46,150 nt of DNA from a virus (Duplodnaviria; Heunggongvirae; Uroviricota; Caudoviricetes). The translations under genes and the position numbers were made by a program. Positions 1 to 8,508 of this stretch are shown here, in pieces. Under the pieces are notes generated by a model, which saw only the letters and a list, made by a program, of their open reading frames with translations, made no database searches and had not been told where the DNA came from. The stretch is from positions 1-46,150 of IMG/VR virus record IMGVR_UViG_2695420763_000017; one strand, given 5' to 3'. Each line of letters begins with the position of its first letter. Positions within the stretch are counted from its first letter, which is position 1.

Positions 1-246
1 CTGATGTGTGTGCAGGATGGTCGTACTCACAAACAAATCTGCGAGATGTACAGCCGCGTCAGCCGCGATCCGTTCTGGTGCCGTAACGTGCTCAGCCCGT
101 CGAAGCTGCGGGAAAAATGGGATGAGCTTTCCCTGCGCTTATCGCCGTCCGTCAGCACGTACACAGAAAAACGCGAAGACCCGTACTTCAAAGCCAGTTA
201 CGACAACGTGGACTACAGCCAGATCCCGGCAGGATTCAGGGGGTGA
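1..246 (+). CDS. hypothetical phage protein, 3' fragment (gene begins upstream of window)
   Basis: Open frame from window edge to stop at 244-246; product not recognised; sits just upstream of the nin-like block. Confidence 0.35.
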   Translation: MMCVQDGRTHKQICEMYSRVSRDPFWCRNVLSPSKLREKWDELSLRLSPSVSTYTEKREDPYFKASYDNVDYSQIPAGFRG

Positions 247-248
247 TC

Positions 249-737
249 ATGAGTCTTTTGAATGAAGTTCAGAAATACATTGAAGCCCATCCGGGGTGTA
301 CTTCCGGAGACATTGCGGATGCTTTTGCAGGTTACTCACGGCAGCGCGTTCTGCAGTCAGCAAGCAAGTTACGTCAGAGTGGTCGTGTGGCTCACCGTTG
401 TGAAGGGGATACACGCAGACATTTCCCGCGCCTGACTGAGAGAGCGCAGGAGGCGGAACCGCAACCAGTTCGTGAAACCAGACCTGTGCGCAATTTCTAT
501 GTCGGCACTAACGACCCGCGGGAGATTTTGTGCCTGACCCGCCAGGCGGAAGAACTGGAGTCCAGGGGCTTATACCGTCGTGCTGCAACGGTGTGGATGG
601 CGGCATTCCGTGAAAGCCACTCCCAGCAAGAGCGAAACAATTTTCTTGCGCGTCGTGAGCGGTGCTTACGGAAAAGCAGCAAGCGCGCTGCATCGGGTGA
701 TGAGTGGTATCTGTCAGGGAATTACGTGGGGGCTTAA
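249..737 (+). CDS. PerC/Pch-like domain protein (putative transcriptional regulator)
   Basis: ATG 249 with AGGGGG 6 nt upstream; C-terminal half reads AEELESRGLYRRAATVWMAAF...RRERCL, matching the PerC-family signature as I recall it; stop overlaps next start (TAATG). Confidence 0.6.
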   Translation: MSLLNEVQKYIEAHPGCTSGDIADAFAGYSRQRVLQSASKLRQSGRVAHRCEGDTRRHFPRLTERAQEAEPQPVRETRPVRNFYVGTNDPREILCLTRQAEELESRGLYRRAATVWMAAFRESHSQQERNNFLARRERCLRKSSKRAASGDEWYLSGNYVGA

Positions 738-1063
738 TGACGACGTTAACTCAATGCCAGCAGCAGGTGCTGGATATGCTGATTTCTTATCAGAAAGAAC
801 GTGGCTTCCCGCCAACCAATCAGGAGGTGGCAACCATGCTGGGATACCGTTCAGTGAATGCAGCGGTGGAGCATCTTCGCGCACTGGAGAAAAAAGGCGT
901 CATCACGATAAAGCGTGGCGTGGCCCGGGGCATCACGCTTCATACCGCGGTGAAGGACGACGACAGCGAGGCGGTCGGGATTATCCGCTCACTGCTTGCC
1001 GGTGAGGAAAACGCAAGGCTGCGTGCAACCCACTGGTTACATGAGAGGGGCCTGAAAGTATGA
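737..1063 (+). CDS. LexA N-terminal DNA-binding-domain-like protein (no peptidase domain)
   Basis: QQQVLDMLISYQKERGFPPTNQEVATMLGYRSVNAAVEHLRALEKKGVI closely resembles the LexA winged-HTH; product is only 108 aa so the S24 peptidase domain is absent. Confidence 0.65.
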   Translation: MTTLTQCQQQVLDMLISYQKERGFPPTNQEVATMLGYRSVNAAVEHLRALEKKGVITIKRGVARGITLHTAVKDDDSEAVGIIRSLLAGEENARLRATHWLHERGLKV

Positions 1064-1449
1064 AGCTGATCCTGCCTTTTCCGCCCAGCGTGAACACGTA
1101 CTGGCGACACCCCAACAAAGGGGCGTTTGCAGGTAAGAGCCTGATAAGCGCGGCGGGGCGCAAATTCCAGAGCGCGGCGTGTGCAGCAATAGTTGAGCAG
1201 TTACGTCGTCTGCCAAAACCAACGTCGGCACCTGCTTCAGTGGAGATCGTGTTGTTTCCTCCGGATAACCGGATCCGCGATCTGGACAACTATAACAAGG
1301 CGCTGTTTGACGCCCTGACCCACGCGGGTGTGTGGGAAGACGACAGTCAGGTGAAAAGAATGCTGGTTGAGTGGGGACCGGTTATCCCGAAAGGGAAGGT
1401 CGAGATCACTATCAGTAAGTTCGAGAAAACGGCGGGTGCAGCCGCCTGA
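1060..1449 (+). CDS. rusA: RusA-family Holliday junction resolvase
   Basis: N-terminal LPFPPSVNTYWR and RDLDNYNKALFDALTHAGVWEDDSQV match RusA motifs; start overlaps upstream stop (ATGA). Confidence 0.85.
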   Translation: MKLILPFPPSVNTYWRHPNKGAFAGKSLISAAGRKFQSAACAAIVEQLRRLPKPTSAPASVEIVLFPPDNRIRDLDNYNKALFDALTHAGVWEDDSQVKRMLVEWGPVIPKGKVEITISKFEKTAGAAA

Positions 1450-1468
1450 TTAAGAGGAGAAACGAAGT

Positions 1469-2278
1469 ATGAATAATCTGATGGTCATTGATGGTATTGA
1501 AGTTCGTCGTGATGCTTATGGGCGTTACAGTCTGAACGATCTGCATCGCGCAGCAGTAGCATCTGGTGCAAATGCCAGAACCAAGGAGCCAGGAAAGTTT
1601 CTTTCCAGCCAACAAACTGTTGAGCTTGTTCATGAATTGACCAACACCCAGAATTTGGGTGTTGACCCGGTGAGTGTGATTCATGGGGGAAATGAACGGG
1701 GAACGTATGTCTGCAAGGAACTGGTGTATGCCTATGCAATGTGGATCAGCCCGTCATTCCATCTGAAGGTGATCCGTACTTTCGACATGGTAACCAGCGC
1801 ACCGGAAAAATTATCCGGACAGGCTGCTGACAAGATGCAGGCTGGTGTGATTCTGCTGGACTTTATGCGCCGGGAATTAAACCTGTCTAACTCTTCAGTG
1901 CTTGGTGCCTGTCAGAAACTCCAGGAGGCTGTTGGCTTACCGAATCTGGCACCGCGCTATGCCATTGATGCTCCTGCTGATGCACACGATGGCTCAAGTC
2001 GCCCGACACTGTCACTGAGTGCACTGCTGAAACAGTATGGTATCCGCCTGACGGCTAATCAGGCATATCACCAGATGGTGAAACTGGGGATCGTCGAGCA
2101 GCGCGAACGATACAGCCGTACCGCGATTAACAACATCAAAAAATTCTGGTCGCTGACAGCGAAAGGTTGCATGTTCGGCAAGAACATCACCAGTCCCGCA
2201 AATCCGCGCGAGACGCAGCCGCATTTCTTCGAATCCCGATTCCCTGAGCTGTTAAAGCTGCTCGATACCGTTCATTGA
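1469..2278 (+). CDS. KilA-N domain protein
   Basis: AGGAG RBS then ATG 1469; N-terminus IDGIEVRRDAYGRYSLNDLHRAA fits the KilA-N consensus. Confidence 0.75.
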   Translation: MNNLMVIDGIEVRRDAYGRYSLNDLHRAAVASGANARTKEPGKFLSSQQTVELVHELTNTQNLGVDPVSVIHGGNERGTYVCKELVYAYAMWISPSFHLKVIRTFDMVTSAPEKLSGQAADKMQAGVILLDFMRRELNLSNSSVLGACQKLQEAVGLPNLAPRYAIDAPADAHDGSSRPTLSLSALLKQYGIRLTANQAYHQMVKLGIVEQRERYSRTAINNIKKFWSLTAKGCMFGKNITSPANPRETQPHFFESRFPELLKLLDTVH

Positions 2279-2279
2279 G

Positions 2280-3281
2280 GTGACCGTGAGAGCACTACTG
2301 ACCCCTGAAATTGCCCCGCGTATGGGGATCGTATTGTTCAGGCCAGGTTCAGAGCTGATGCCCCTGTTTATGCAGGGGCGTGTCCTGCTGGAGCCTGAGC
2401 CGGAGCGTTATTCATCTTTCGCCAGTGGTGCCGTTCCGGCGGCATCACAACCGCTGGCGGATGATCCTGCCGTTCGGGCCGTGTTCCGCAATGAGGCAGT
2501 GATCCGTCGTGCTGGTGGCGTGGAATGTCTTGAAAGCTGGTTACTTCGTGAAAAAGGCTGCCAGTGGCCTCATTCCGACTGGCACAGCGAGAACATGACC
2601 ACAATGCGGCACGCGCCGGGCGCAATCCGTCTGTGCTGGCACTGCGATAACCAGTTGCGCGATCAGTTCACGGAACGGCTGGAATCAATGGCAACGGATA
2701 ACTGTGCCCGCTGGGTGTTATCTGTTGTGCGCCGTGATCTCGGTTTTGATGATAGTCACGTTGTGACAATGCCGGAACTGTGCTGGTGGCTGGTTCGTAA
2801 TGACCTGGCGGATGCCTTACCGGAAAGTGCAGCCCGTAAGGCACTGAGATTACCGAAGCCTGTTGTGCCGTCTGTCACCCGGGAAAGTGACCTTGTGCCT
2901 TCGGTTCCTGCCACCAGCATCATCCAGGATAAAGCGAAAAAGGTGCTGGCGCTGAAAGTGGATCCGGAGTCGCCGGAGTCTTTTATGTTACGCCCAAAAC
3001 GTCGCCGCTGGGTTAATGAAAAGTACACGCGCTGGGTTAAGACACAGCCGTGTGCATGTTGTGGAAAGCCTGCTGATGATCCCCACCACCTGATAGGTCA
3101 CGGTCAGGGTGGAATGGGAACAAAAGCGCATGACCTCTTTGTGTTGCCTTTGTGCAGAAAGCATCACGACGAGCTGCATGCGGATACCGTGGCATTTGAA
3201 GAGATGTATGGCTCCCAGCTGGAGCTGATATTTCGTTTTATCGATCGTGCGCTGGCGATCGGCGTAATTACGACAGCTTAA
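2280..3281 (+). CDS. DUF968-like lambdoid protein with C-terminal HNH-like Cys/His motif
   Basis: C-terminus CACCGKPADDPHHLIGHG...PLCRKHHDELH; position between nin genes and Q is typical; start GTG 2280 or 2286. Confidence 0.7.
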   Translation: MTVRALLTPEIAPRMGIVLFRPGSELMPLFMQGRVLLEPEPERYSSFASGAVPAASQPLADDPAVRAVFRNEAVIRRAGGVECLESWLLREKGCQWPHSDWHSENMTTMRHAPGAIRLCWHCDNQLRDQFTERLESMATDNCARWVLSVVRRDLGFDDSHVVTMPELCWWLVRNDLADALPESAARKALRLPKPVVPSVTRESDLVPSVPATSIIQDKAKKVLALKVDPESPESFMLRPKRRRWVNEKYTRWVKTQPCACCGKPADDPHHLIGHGQGGMGTKAHDLFVLPLCRKHHDELHADTVAFEEMYGSQLELIFRFIDRALAIGVITTA

Positions 3282-3302
3282 GTGTATGGAGCGCTGAGAA
3301 GT

Positions 3303-3992
3303 ATGAATCAACAAGACTTGAATTTTGTCAGAATAGAATTACGTCGTGCGCTGTTTGACTTCTCTGGGGGGACAAAAGGGCAGCTTGAGGCTTTCACTGA
3401 ACACCCACCAGCAGACAAAAATGCCACTCCACGCCGTGGAATTCATCTTGTCGAACTCGAAGGTGATAAGGGACCACGCTTTGTTAACTCGCTTTCCGCG
3501 CCATTGTACGTGCAAGAAACACGTAGCCGCCCCAGGCCAATGCCGCCGATAAAAGATGTAGAATTTGAGTCCGCGCCGTGGCGTAGGGCAGTGTCCGCGC
3601 TTAGTGGATACCAGCAGGCTTGGTTGCGGTACTGTTACGGTTTTGACCTTAACTATACGCACCAGGTGATGATGTGTGAATACGTCTGGAAGGCTTATCA
3701 GAAATGCTTGGGTGAAAACTCACTTCAGGAGCGCGTAGTAAAAAAACTAATAGGCCTAGTATGGCTTGCAGGACAGGAAATTGCTGCAACCCGAAACAAT
3801 GAAACCTATAAAGACTACGCTGGTGCGGCGCTGGCCCGTATGGTTAGCGTTGACCGTTCGACATGGTTGCGCGTCTATTCAGGCCACTGGGCTGGGTTAA
3901 AGGCCGCTTTTACCCAGCTTGATGAGTCTGCGCTGGCCATGGCTCTTGAATACTATGAGGATGAAGAAGCTCTCAAAGTGGGAGAAATATGA
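3303..3992 (+). CDS. late-gene antiterminator Q-like protein
   Basis: Position directly upstream of a promoter-like site and a strong terminator, followed by lysis genes; sequence resembles the phage antitermination Q family as I recall it (not verified); alternative GTG start at 3282. Confidence 0.55.
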   Translation: MNQQDLNFVRIELRRALFDFSGGTKGQLEAFTEHPPADKNATPRRGIHLVELEGDKGPRFVNSLSAPLYVQETRSRPRPMPPIKDVEFESAPWRRAVSALSGYQQAWLRYCYGFDLNYTHQVMMCEYVWKAYQKCLGENSLQERVVKKLIGLVWLAGQEIAATRNNETYKDYAGAALARMVSVDRSTWLRVYSGHWAGLKAAFTQLDESALAMALEYYEDEEALKVGEI

Positions 3993-4022
3993 CGTAAATT
4001 TCACTATCTCCTTCAAACGCGC

Positions 4023-4051
4023 TTGCAAAATACAACAAAATAAGCCATATT
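4023..4051 (+). promoter_or_regulatory. putative late promoter (PR'-like)
   Basis: TTGCAA (4023-4028), 17-nt spacer, CATATT (4046-4051), about 35 nt upstream of the terminator hairpin, as expected for a Q-modified late promoter. Confidence 0.3.
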
Positions 4052-4085
4052 GGAAGCATATTTGATATGTTGCCAAAGTTTTATA

Positions 4086-4110
4086 AACCCGCCGACGAGC
4101 GGGTTTTTTG
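4086..4110 (+). terminator. intrinsic terminator (tR'-like)
   Basis: AACCCGC-CGACGA-GCGGGTT hairpin followed by TTTTTT. Confidence 0.7.
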
Positions 4111-4185
4111 ATATGCGACATAACCTATAACATTTTTTATAAAATAAAATATAATTGCTTTACCATTATCCTGTGAGTTGAGCAA

Positions 4186-4971
4186 ATGTATATATTTGAA
4201 TTGACCAAACCTGGCAACTGGCTTGAAAGTGAAGACAAAGAGTGGTCTTGGAAAATAGAACGGCTTTTGGACCATCTTGAATTTGCATTTTATGAGGCTA
4301 ATGTTGCATTAAATTTATTTATGCAGCAGCAAAACAATCAAATAGAACAACAAGGGGTTTCGCAATTGCAATGGGAAAAAGAAATGCAAGAACGAAGAAC
4401 CATCGAAACACTAGTTCGTGAGGAGTTAGGTTTATCCCCTTTTGAGAATCCTGAAAACATACAATTTGAGGTGGACGCGAGGTTTAAACGAGAAAAGTGG
4501 AGTTCTGGTGAAATTCCACGTAGCCACAAACATTGTGTGATTTTTATTTATGCAAAATCTTTTCTTTATTCTCTTGATACTATTGATAAATTTATAAAGG
4601 TTATTTCGAATGAACCTTATGCTCCTGAGTCGATAAAAGCCCTACACGATCAGATAGGTAAAGATTTTCCTGATCTCAGAGGGGTTAGGAATTCAACTCA
4701 ACACCTCGAAGATAGGGCTCGAGGGCTTGGCGCAGGGAGAGAACCGAAGCCTTTGAATCTCCAGCCTATAAGTAATACCTTCATAAATGCACCGCAAGGT
4801 GCTTTGATATTAAATAATCTGAATGGCACCAAATTCGGGTCAACTATGTCTGATGGTCACTATGGTGAAGTGGACATTTCACCTGAATCGTTATCAAAAA
4901 TGCAAAGTATTGTTCAGGGCGTACTTGACTCGTTTAAGTGGGTTGGTAATCAGCAACACTTACCAAGTTAA
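4186..4971 (+). CDS. hypothetical moron protein with HEPN-like R-x4-H motif
   Basis: 261-aa AT-rich ORF with its own TATAAT (4150-4155), bracketed by two terminators; motif R168-NSTQ-H173; product otherwise unrecognised. Confidence 0.7.
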   Translation: MYIFELTKPGNWLESEDKEWSWKIERLLDHLEFAFYEANVALNLFMQQQNNQIEQQGVSQLQWEKEMQERRTIETLVREELGLSPFENPENIQFEVDARFKREKWSSGEIPRSHKHCVIFIYAKSFLYSLDTIDKFIKVISNEPYAPESIKALHDQIGKDFPDLRGVRNSTQHLEDRARGLGAGREPKPLNLQPISNTFINAPQGALILNNLNGTKFGSTMSDGHYGEVDISPESLSKMQSIVQGVLDSFKWVGNQQHLPS

Positions 4972-4993
4972 CTAAACTTAATTATTCATATTA

Positions 4994-5020
4994 AGGCTGC
5001 CATATGGCGGCCTTTTTATT
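4994..5020 (+). terminator. intrinsic terminator
   Basis: AGGCTGCC-ATAT-GGCGGCCT hairpin followed by TTTTTATT. Confidence 0.65.
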
Positions 5021-5064
5021 CCCTTCACTTTTGAGAGGATTCACAGCAATTAAGAGGGGGCTAA

Positions 5065-5451
5065 ATGTCCGATCCGATTTCCGGCACAGGGTTAGCTGCT
5101 GGAGTCCTGACAGGCGCTAGTGTTTATGGACTGCTGACCGGAACTGATTACGGTGTTGTATTTGGCGCATTTGCAGGGGCTGTATTCTACATCGCAACAG
5201 CAGCAGATCTGAGTTTATCGCGTCGACTGGCATATTTTATCGTGTCGTATATTGCCGGAATCCTTTGCTCTGGGTTGGTTGGCTCCAAGCTGGCAAACTT
5301 GACCGGATACAGTGATAAACCTCTGGATGCTATTGGTGCCGTAATCGTCTCTGCTTTAGCCGTTAAAATCCTGACGTTTCTGAATAACCAGGATATCGGT
5401 TCGCTGGTGGCGCTTATAACGCGCCGGGGAGGTTCAGGTGGAGCTAAATGA
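5065..5451 (+). CDS. holin-like membrane protein
   Basis: Strong RBS AGAGGGGG; 128 aa with several Gly/Ala-rich hydrophobic helices; first gene of the lysis cassette. Confidence 0.65.
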   Translation: MSDPISGTGLAAGVLTGASVYGLLTGTDYGVVFGAFAGAVFYIATAADLSLSRRLAYFIVSYIAGILCSGLVGSKLANLTGYSDKPLDAIGAVIVSALAVKILTFLNNQDIGSLVALITRRGGSGGAK

Positions 5452-5719
5452 CCCGACAGCAACTATAAATGCGCTGTTATGTGCTTGTGTTGTTATTACT
5501 CTGATGTTTTATCGTCGTGGTGATTCGCGGCATCGTCCTTGGGTTTCACGTTTAGCCTGGCTGATTACTGTTACATACAGTGCTGTTCCGTTGGCCTATC
5601 TCTGTGGGATTTATCCCCATTCCTCATGGCCCATTATCGTGGCGAATACTATTTTTCTTTCCGTGCTGGTGGCCGTCAGAGGCAACGTTGCACGTCTGGT
5701 TGATCATCTGAGGCACTAA
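5438..5719 (+). CDS. holin/antiholin-like small membrane protein
   Basis: 93 aa, two to three TM helices, charged C-terminus; directly upstream of the endolysin, start overlapping it. Confidence 0.6.
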   Translation: MELNDPTATINALLCACVVITLMFYRRGDSRHRPWVSRLAWLITVTYSAVPLAYLCGIYPHSSWPIIVANTIFLSVLVAVRGNVARLVDHLRH

Positions 5720-6336
5720 TGAACCAACAATTATTTCAAAAGGCGGCTGGTATTAGCGCCGGGCTGGCTGCGCGCTGGTTTCCGCACATTGATGCTGCAA
5801 TGAAAGAGTTTGGAATCACAGCAGTTAACGATCAGGCCATGTTCATTGCACAAGTTGGGCATGAATCTGCTGGTTTTACCTCGCTGGTGGAAAGCTTCAA
5901 CTACTCGGTAGACGGGCTGAAGAAAACCTTTAGTAAACGCCTGACGCCTTATCAGTGTGAAATGCTGGGGCGTGTCGATGGTAATCAGGTAGCCCACCAG
6001 CCGCAAATAGCCAATCTGGTTTATGGTGACCGCATGGGGAATAACAGCCAGGGTGACGGCTGGAAATATCGCGGTCGTGGCCTGCTTCAAATCACCGGCC
6101 GCGAGAACTACGCCAAATGCGGTGCGGCGCTGAAGTTGGATCTGATCAGCACACCAGAGTTGCTGACACAGGAGAAACATGCAGCCCGTTCTGCTGCATG
6201 GTATTTCACATTACGTGGTTGTCTGATGTATTCAGGTGATGTTGTCCGTGTAACGCAGATCATCAACGGTGGCCAGAATGGACTGGCTGACAGAAATAGT
6301 CGTTATAACAAAGCGCGGGCGGCGTTGCTGGTATGA
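5719..6336 (+). CDS. endolysin, glycoside hydrolase family 19 (chitinase-like lysozyme)
   Basis: Motifs [27 protein letters not shown] and RVTQIINGG are typical of GH19 phage lysozymes. Confidence 0.85.
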   Translation: MNQQLFQKAAGISAGLAARWFPHIDAAMKEFGITAVNDQAMFIAQVGHESAGFTSLVESFNYSVDGLKKTFSKRLTPYQCEMLGRVDGNQVAHQPQIANLVYGDRMGNNSQGDGWKYRGRGLLQITGRENYAKCGAALKLDLISTPELLTQEKHAARSAAWYFTLRGCLMYSGDVVRVTQIINGGQNGLADRNSRYNKARAALLV

Positions 6337-6869
6337 CAGCGGTCTTTGCTTTTGTTCAGGCGCGGTGGAAAACAATCATTGTTTTGCTGATGTTGGCTGG
6401 TGCATTTCTTGCCGGGAACATCTGGAGTGAGCGGGGCTGGCAAAAGAAGTGGGCTGACCACAATAGCATGGAATCTTCACAGGAAGCGAACGCGCAGACT
6501 GCCGCACGCTGGATTGAACAAGGGCGCATAATTGCCCGTGATGAGGCTGTAAAAGATGCACAAGCACAAGCCGCTAAATCTGCTGCCACTGCTGCTGGCC
6601 TGTCTGCCACTGTTAGCCAGTTGCGTACCGAAGCAACAAAGCTTGCCGCACGCCTGGACGCCGCAAAGCACACCGCTGATCTTGCCGCTGCCGTCCGAAG
6701 CAAAACAACCGACGCCGACGCCGGAATGTTCGCCGACATGCTCGGAGATATTGCAGCAGAAGCTAAACGTTATGCTGGAATCGCTGACGAACGCTACACC
6801 GCCGGGATGACGTGTGAACGTATTTACGACTCGTTGAGAGAGTCAAATAACGCTATCCCCCACAATTGA
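6333..6869 (+). CDS. Rz: i-spanin (Rz-like)
   Basis: N-terminal TM helix then Ala/Gln-rich coiled-coil periplasmic domain; immediately after the endolysin. Confidence 0.75.
   Translation: MTAVFAFVQARWKTIIVLLMLAGAFLAGNIWSERGWQKKWADHNSMESSQEANAQTAARWIEQGRIIARDEAVKDAQAQAAKSAATAAGLSATVSQLRTEATKLAARLDAAKHTADLAAAVRSKTTDADAGMFADMLGDIAAEAKRYAGIADERYTAGMTCERIYDSLRESNNAIPHN
6556..6810 (+). CDS. Rz1: o-spanin lipoprotein (Rz1-like), embedded in Rz in the +1 frame
   Basis: ATG 6556; signal peptide with lipobox LLAC/LASC; proline-rich mature part; wholly nested in Rz in another frame. Confidence 0.65.
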   Translation: MHKHKPLNLLPLLLACLPLLASCVPKQQSLPHAWTPQSTPLILPLPSEAKQPTPTPECSPTCSEILQQKLNVMLESLTNATPPG

Positions 6870-6935
6870 TTTTTTATCATATTCGAACGACTATGAAGGG
6901 TGTAAACAATTATAATCCAGTGATGAATTTTTCAA

Positions 6936-7211
6936 ATGTCAAAGCAAGGATATGCAGTGAGTGGTCATAGTGATGGTTTAGCAGATATTTTGAGCATTGT
7001 AATTGTATTAGCAGTGGAACATTGGATTATCGCATCTCTCATAGTTGGTTTGATTATGTATCTAGTGGGGGCGAGCATAAACGAAAATGCTCAGACAAAT
7101 GCCGGTGCCATTGCATCGGGAATCATAGGGGTATGTGGTCAATTTATTTTTGGTTTTGGCGTTCTGGCTAGCATTATTGGGATTGTTAAATTCATTTGGA
7201 CCCACACCTGA
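6936..7211 (+). CDS. small hydrophobic membrane protein (moron)
   Basis: AT-rich 91-aa ORF with two or three TM helices; no clear SD at 6936, alternative GTG 6957. Confidence 0.45.
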   Translation: MSKQGYAVSGHSDGLADILSIVIVLAVEHWIIASLIVGLIMYLVGASINENAQTNAGAIASGIIGVCGQFIFGFGVLASIIGIVKFIWTHT

Positions 7212-7275
7212 CAGCATCACTTTAGTCAATCATAGCCTCGCAATAGCGGGGCTTTTTAACAACTGAGGTATGAGC

Positions 7276-7473
7276 ATGACAGTAGTTCTTACAGCTAAGC
7301 AGATTGAAGACCTAGCAGCATTCGCGAAAGAAGATGGTCAGCCCCAATACACCATCACCACTGGTACAATCCCGGAATTCGAAGCGGATGATGGCGAGAT
7401 TATCCCTGAATACACAGGGCTGATCGCTTACTCAGAGTCACTTGAGCACGGTGTATTGCAACTCGACGATTAG
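7276..7473 (+). CDS. small acidic hypothetical protein
   Basis: GAGG RBS 7 nt upstream of ATG 7276 (alternative ATG 7270); 65 aa, acidic. Confidence 0.45.
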   Translation: MTVVLTAKQIEDLAAFAKEDGQPQYTITTGTIPEFEADDGEIIPEYTGLIAYSESLEHGVLQLDD

Positions 7474-7536
7474 TGGCATTCAGCAGGCATTCATTAAGTG
7501 TCTGCGATAATGCTATACGTTTTTTGGGGAGTGAAT

Positions 7537-7887
7537 ATGCCACCGCGCACACCAAAGGCTTGCCGTGTTCGCGGCTGTCGCAACACCACAACAGACCCAT
7601 CTGGCTACTGTGAAAATCACAAAGGTGAAGGCTGGAAGTCCTACAAGCCTGGTCAATCACGGCAGCAGCGAGGATACGGAACAAAGTGGGAAGTCATCCG
7701 GGAGCGGATACTTAAGCGCGACAAAGGGCTGTGTCAGAACCATCTACGGCAGGCGATAGTGAAGCAGGCGTCCTGCGTGGACCACATCAAGGCGAAGGCC
7801 CACGGCGGTACTGATGAAGACAGCAACCTTGAAAGCCTGTGCTGGTCGTGTCACGCAGCGAAGACCGCGCGTGAGCGGCTCAAGTGA
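7537..7887 (+). CDS. HNH endonuclease (terminase-associated)
   Basis: CRVRGC...CENH...CVDHIKAKAHGGTDEDSNLESLCWSCH; directly upstream of cos/TerS as in HK97-like phages. Confidence 0.85.
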   Translation: MPPRTPKACRVRGCRNTTTDPSGYCENHKGEGWKSYKPGQSRQQRGYGTKWEVIRERILKRDKGLCQNHLRQAIVKQASCVDHIKAKAHGGTDEDSNLESLCWSCHAAKTARERLK

Positions 7888-7889
7888 TA

Positions 7890-8010
7890 ATTAATGTCAT
7901 CATCAGACTGGGGAGGGGGAGGTCAAATCTCTGCGACCGCGCGCCTTCCGGACTGCCCGCCCCATCGTTTTTTTATACCCGCGAAAAATGAAATTTAACC
8001 AGGAGTGCCG
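7890..8010. other. putative cos/packaging-site region
   Basis: GC-rich block (GGGGAGGGGGAGG...CGACCGCGCGCC...CCCGCCCC) between AT-rich flanks, located between the HNH and TerS genes where cos lies in HK97-type phages; positional inference only. Confidence 0.3.
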
Positions 8011-8013
8011 CAT

Positions 8014-8508
8014 ATGGCTGGAACGGCGGGGCGTTCCGGGCGTCGCCCCAAGCCAACGGCGCGCAAGGCGCTGGCCGGAAACCCCGGCAAGCGAGCCCTG
8101 AACAAAGATGAACCTGTTTTTACGCCCATCAAAGGTGTTGAGCCACCAGAGTGGTTCGCTGAAGAAGATCTCCCTCTCGCCACGATCATGTGGCAACTGA
8201 CAACCAAAGAACTCTGCGGTCAGGGCCTGCTGTGCGTGACTGACCTGGCGGTACTTGAGCGGTGGTGCGTGGCCTATGAGTTCTGGCGACGTGCCGTGAA
8301 AAATATTGCCATACAGGGCAACACCATCACCGGTGCAATGGGCGGCAGGGTCAAAAATCCGGAGCTGACCGCCAAAAAAGAACAGGAGTCCGAGATGAGC
8401 AGCACGGGGGCAATGCTCGGACTCGACCCCAGCAGCCGCCAGCGTCTGATTGGCCTGGCGGGGCAGAAGAAAGCCACTAACCCGTTTCTGAAAATTATCG
8501 AATCATGA
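8014..8508 (+). CDS. terminase small subunit (P27-family-like)
   Basis: AGGAG RBS 8 nt upstream of ATG 8014; basic N-terminus; stop overlaps TerL start (ATGA). Confidence 0.8.
   Translation: MAGTAGRSGRRPKPTARKALAGNPGKRALNKDEPVFTPIKGVEPPEWFAEEDLPLATIMWQLTTKELCGQGLLCVTDLAVLERWCVAYEFWRRAVKNIAIQGNTITGAMGGRVKNPELTAKKEQESEMSSTGAMLGLDPSSRQRLIGLAGQKKATNPFLKIIES

Noticed and set aside
497-1289. Overlapping alternative-frame ORFs in the first 1.3 kb (for example 580-1005 plus strand, 981-1289 minus strand)
   Set aside because: They overlap the better-supported PerC-like, LexA-like and RusA frames, which have RBSs and recognisable motifs.
4186-4971. Shiga-toxin-like locus at the Q to lysis moron site
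   Set aside because: A single cytoplasmic-looking 261-aa ORF with no signal peptide and no A/B subunit pair; position is analogous but content is not stx-like.
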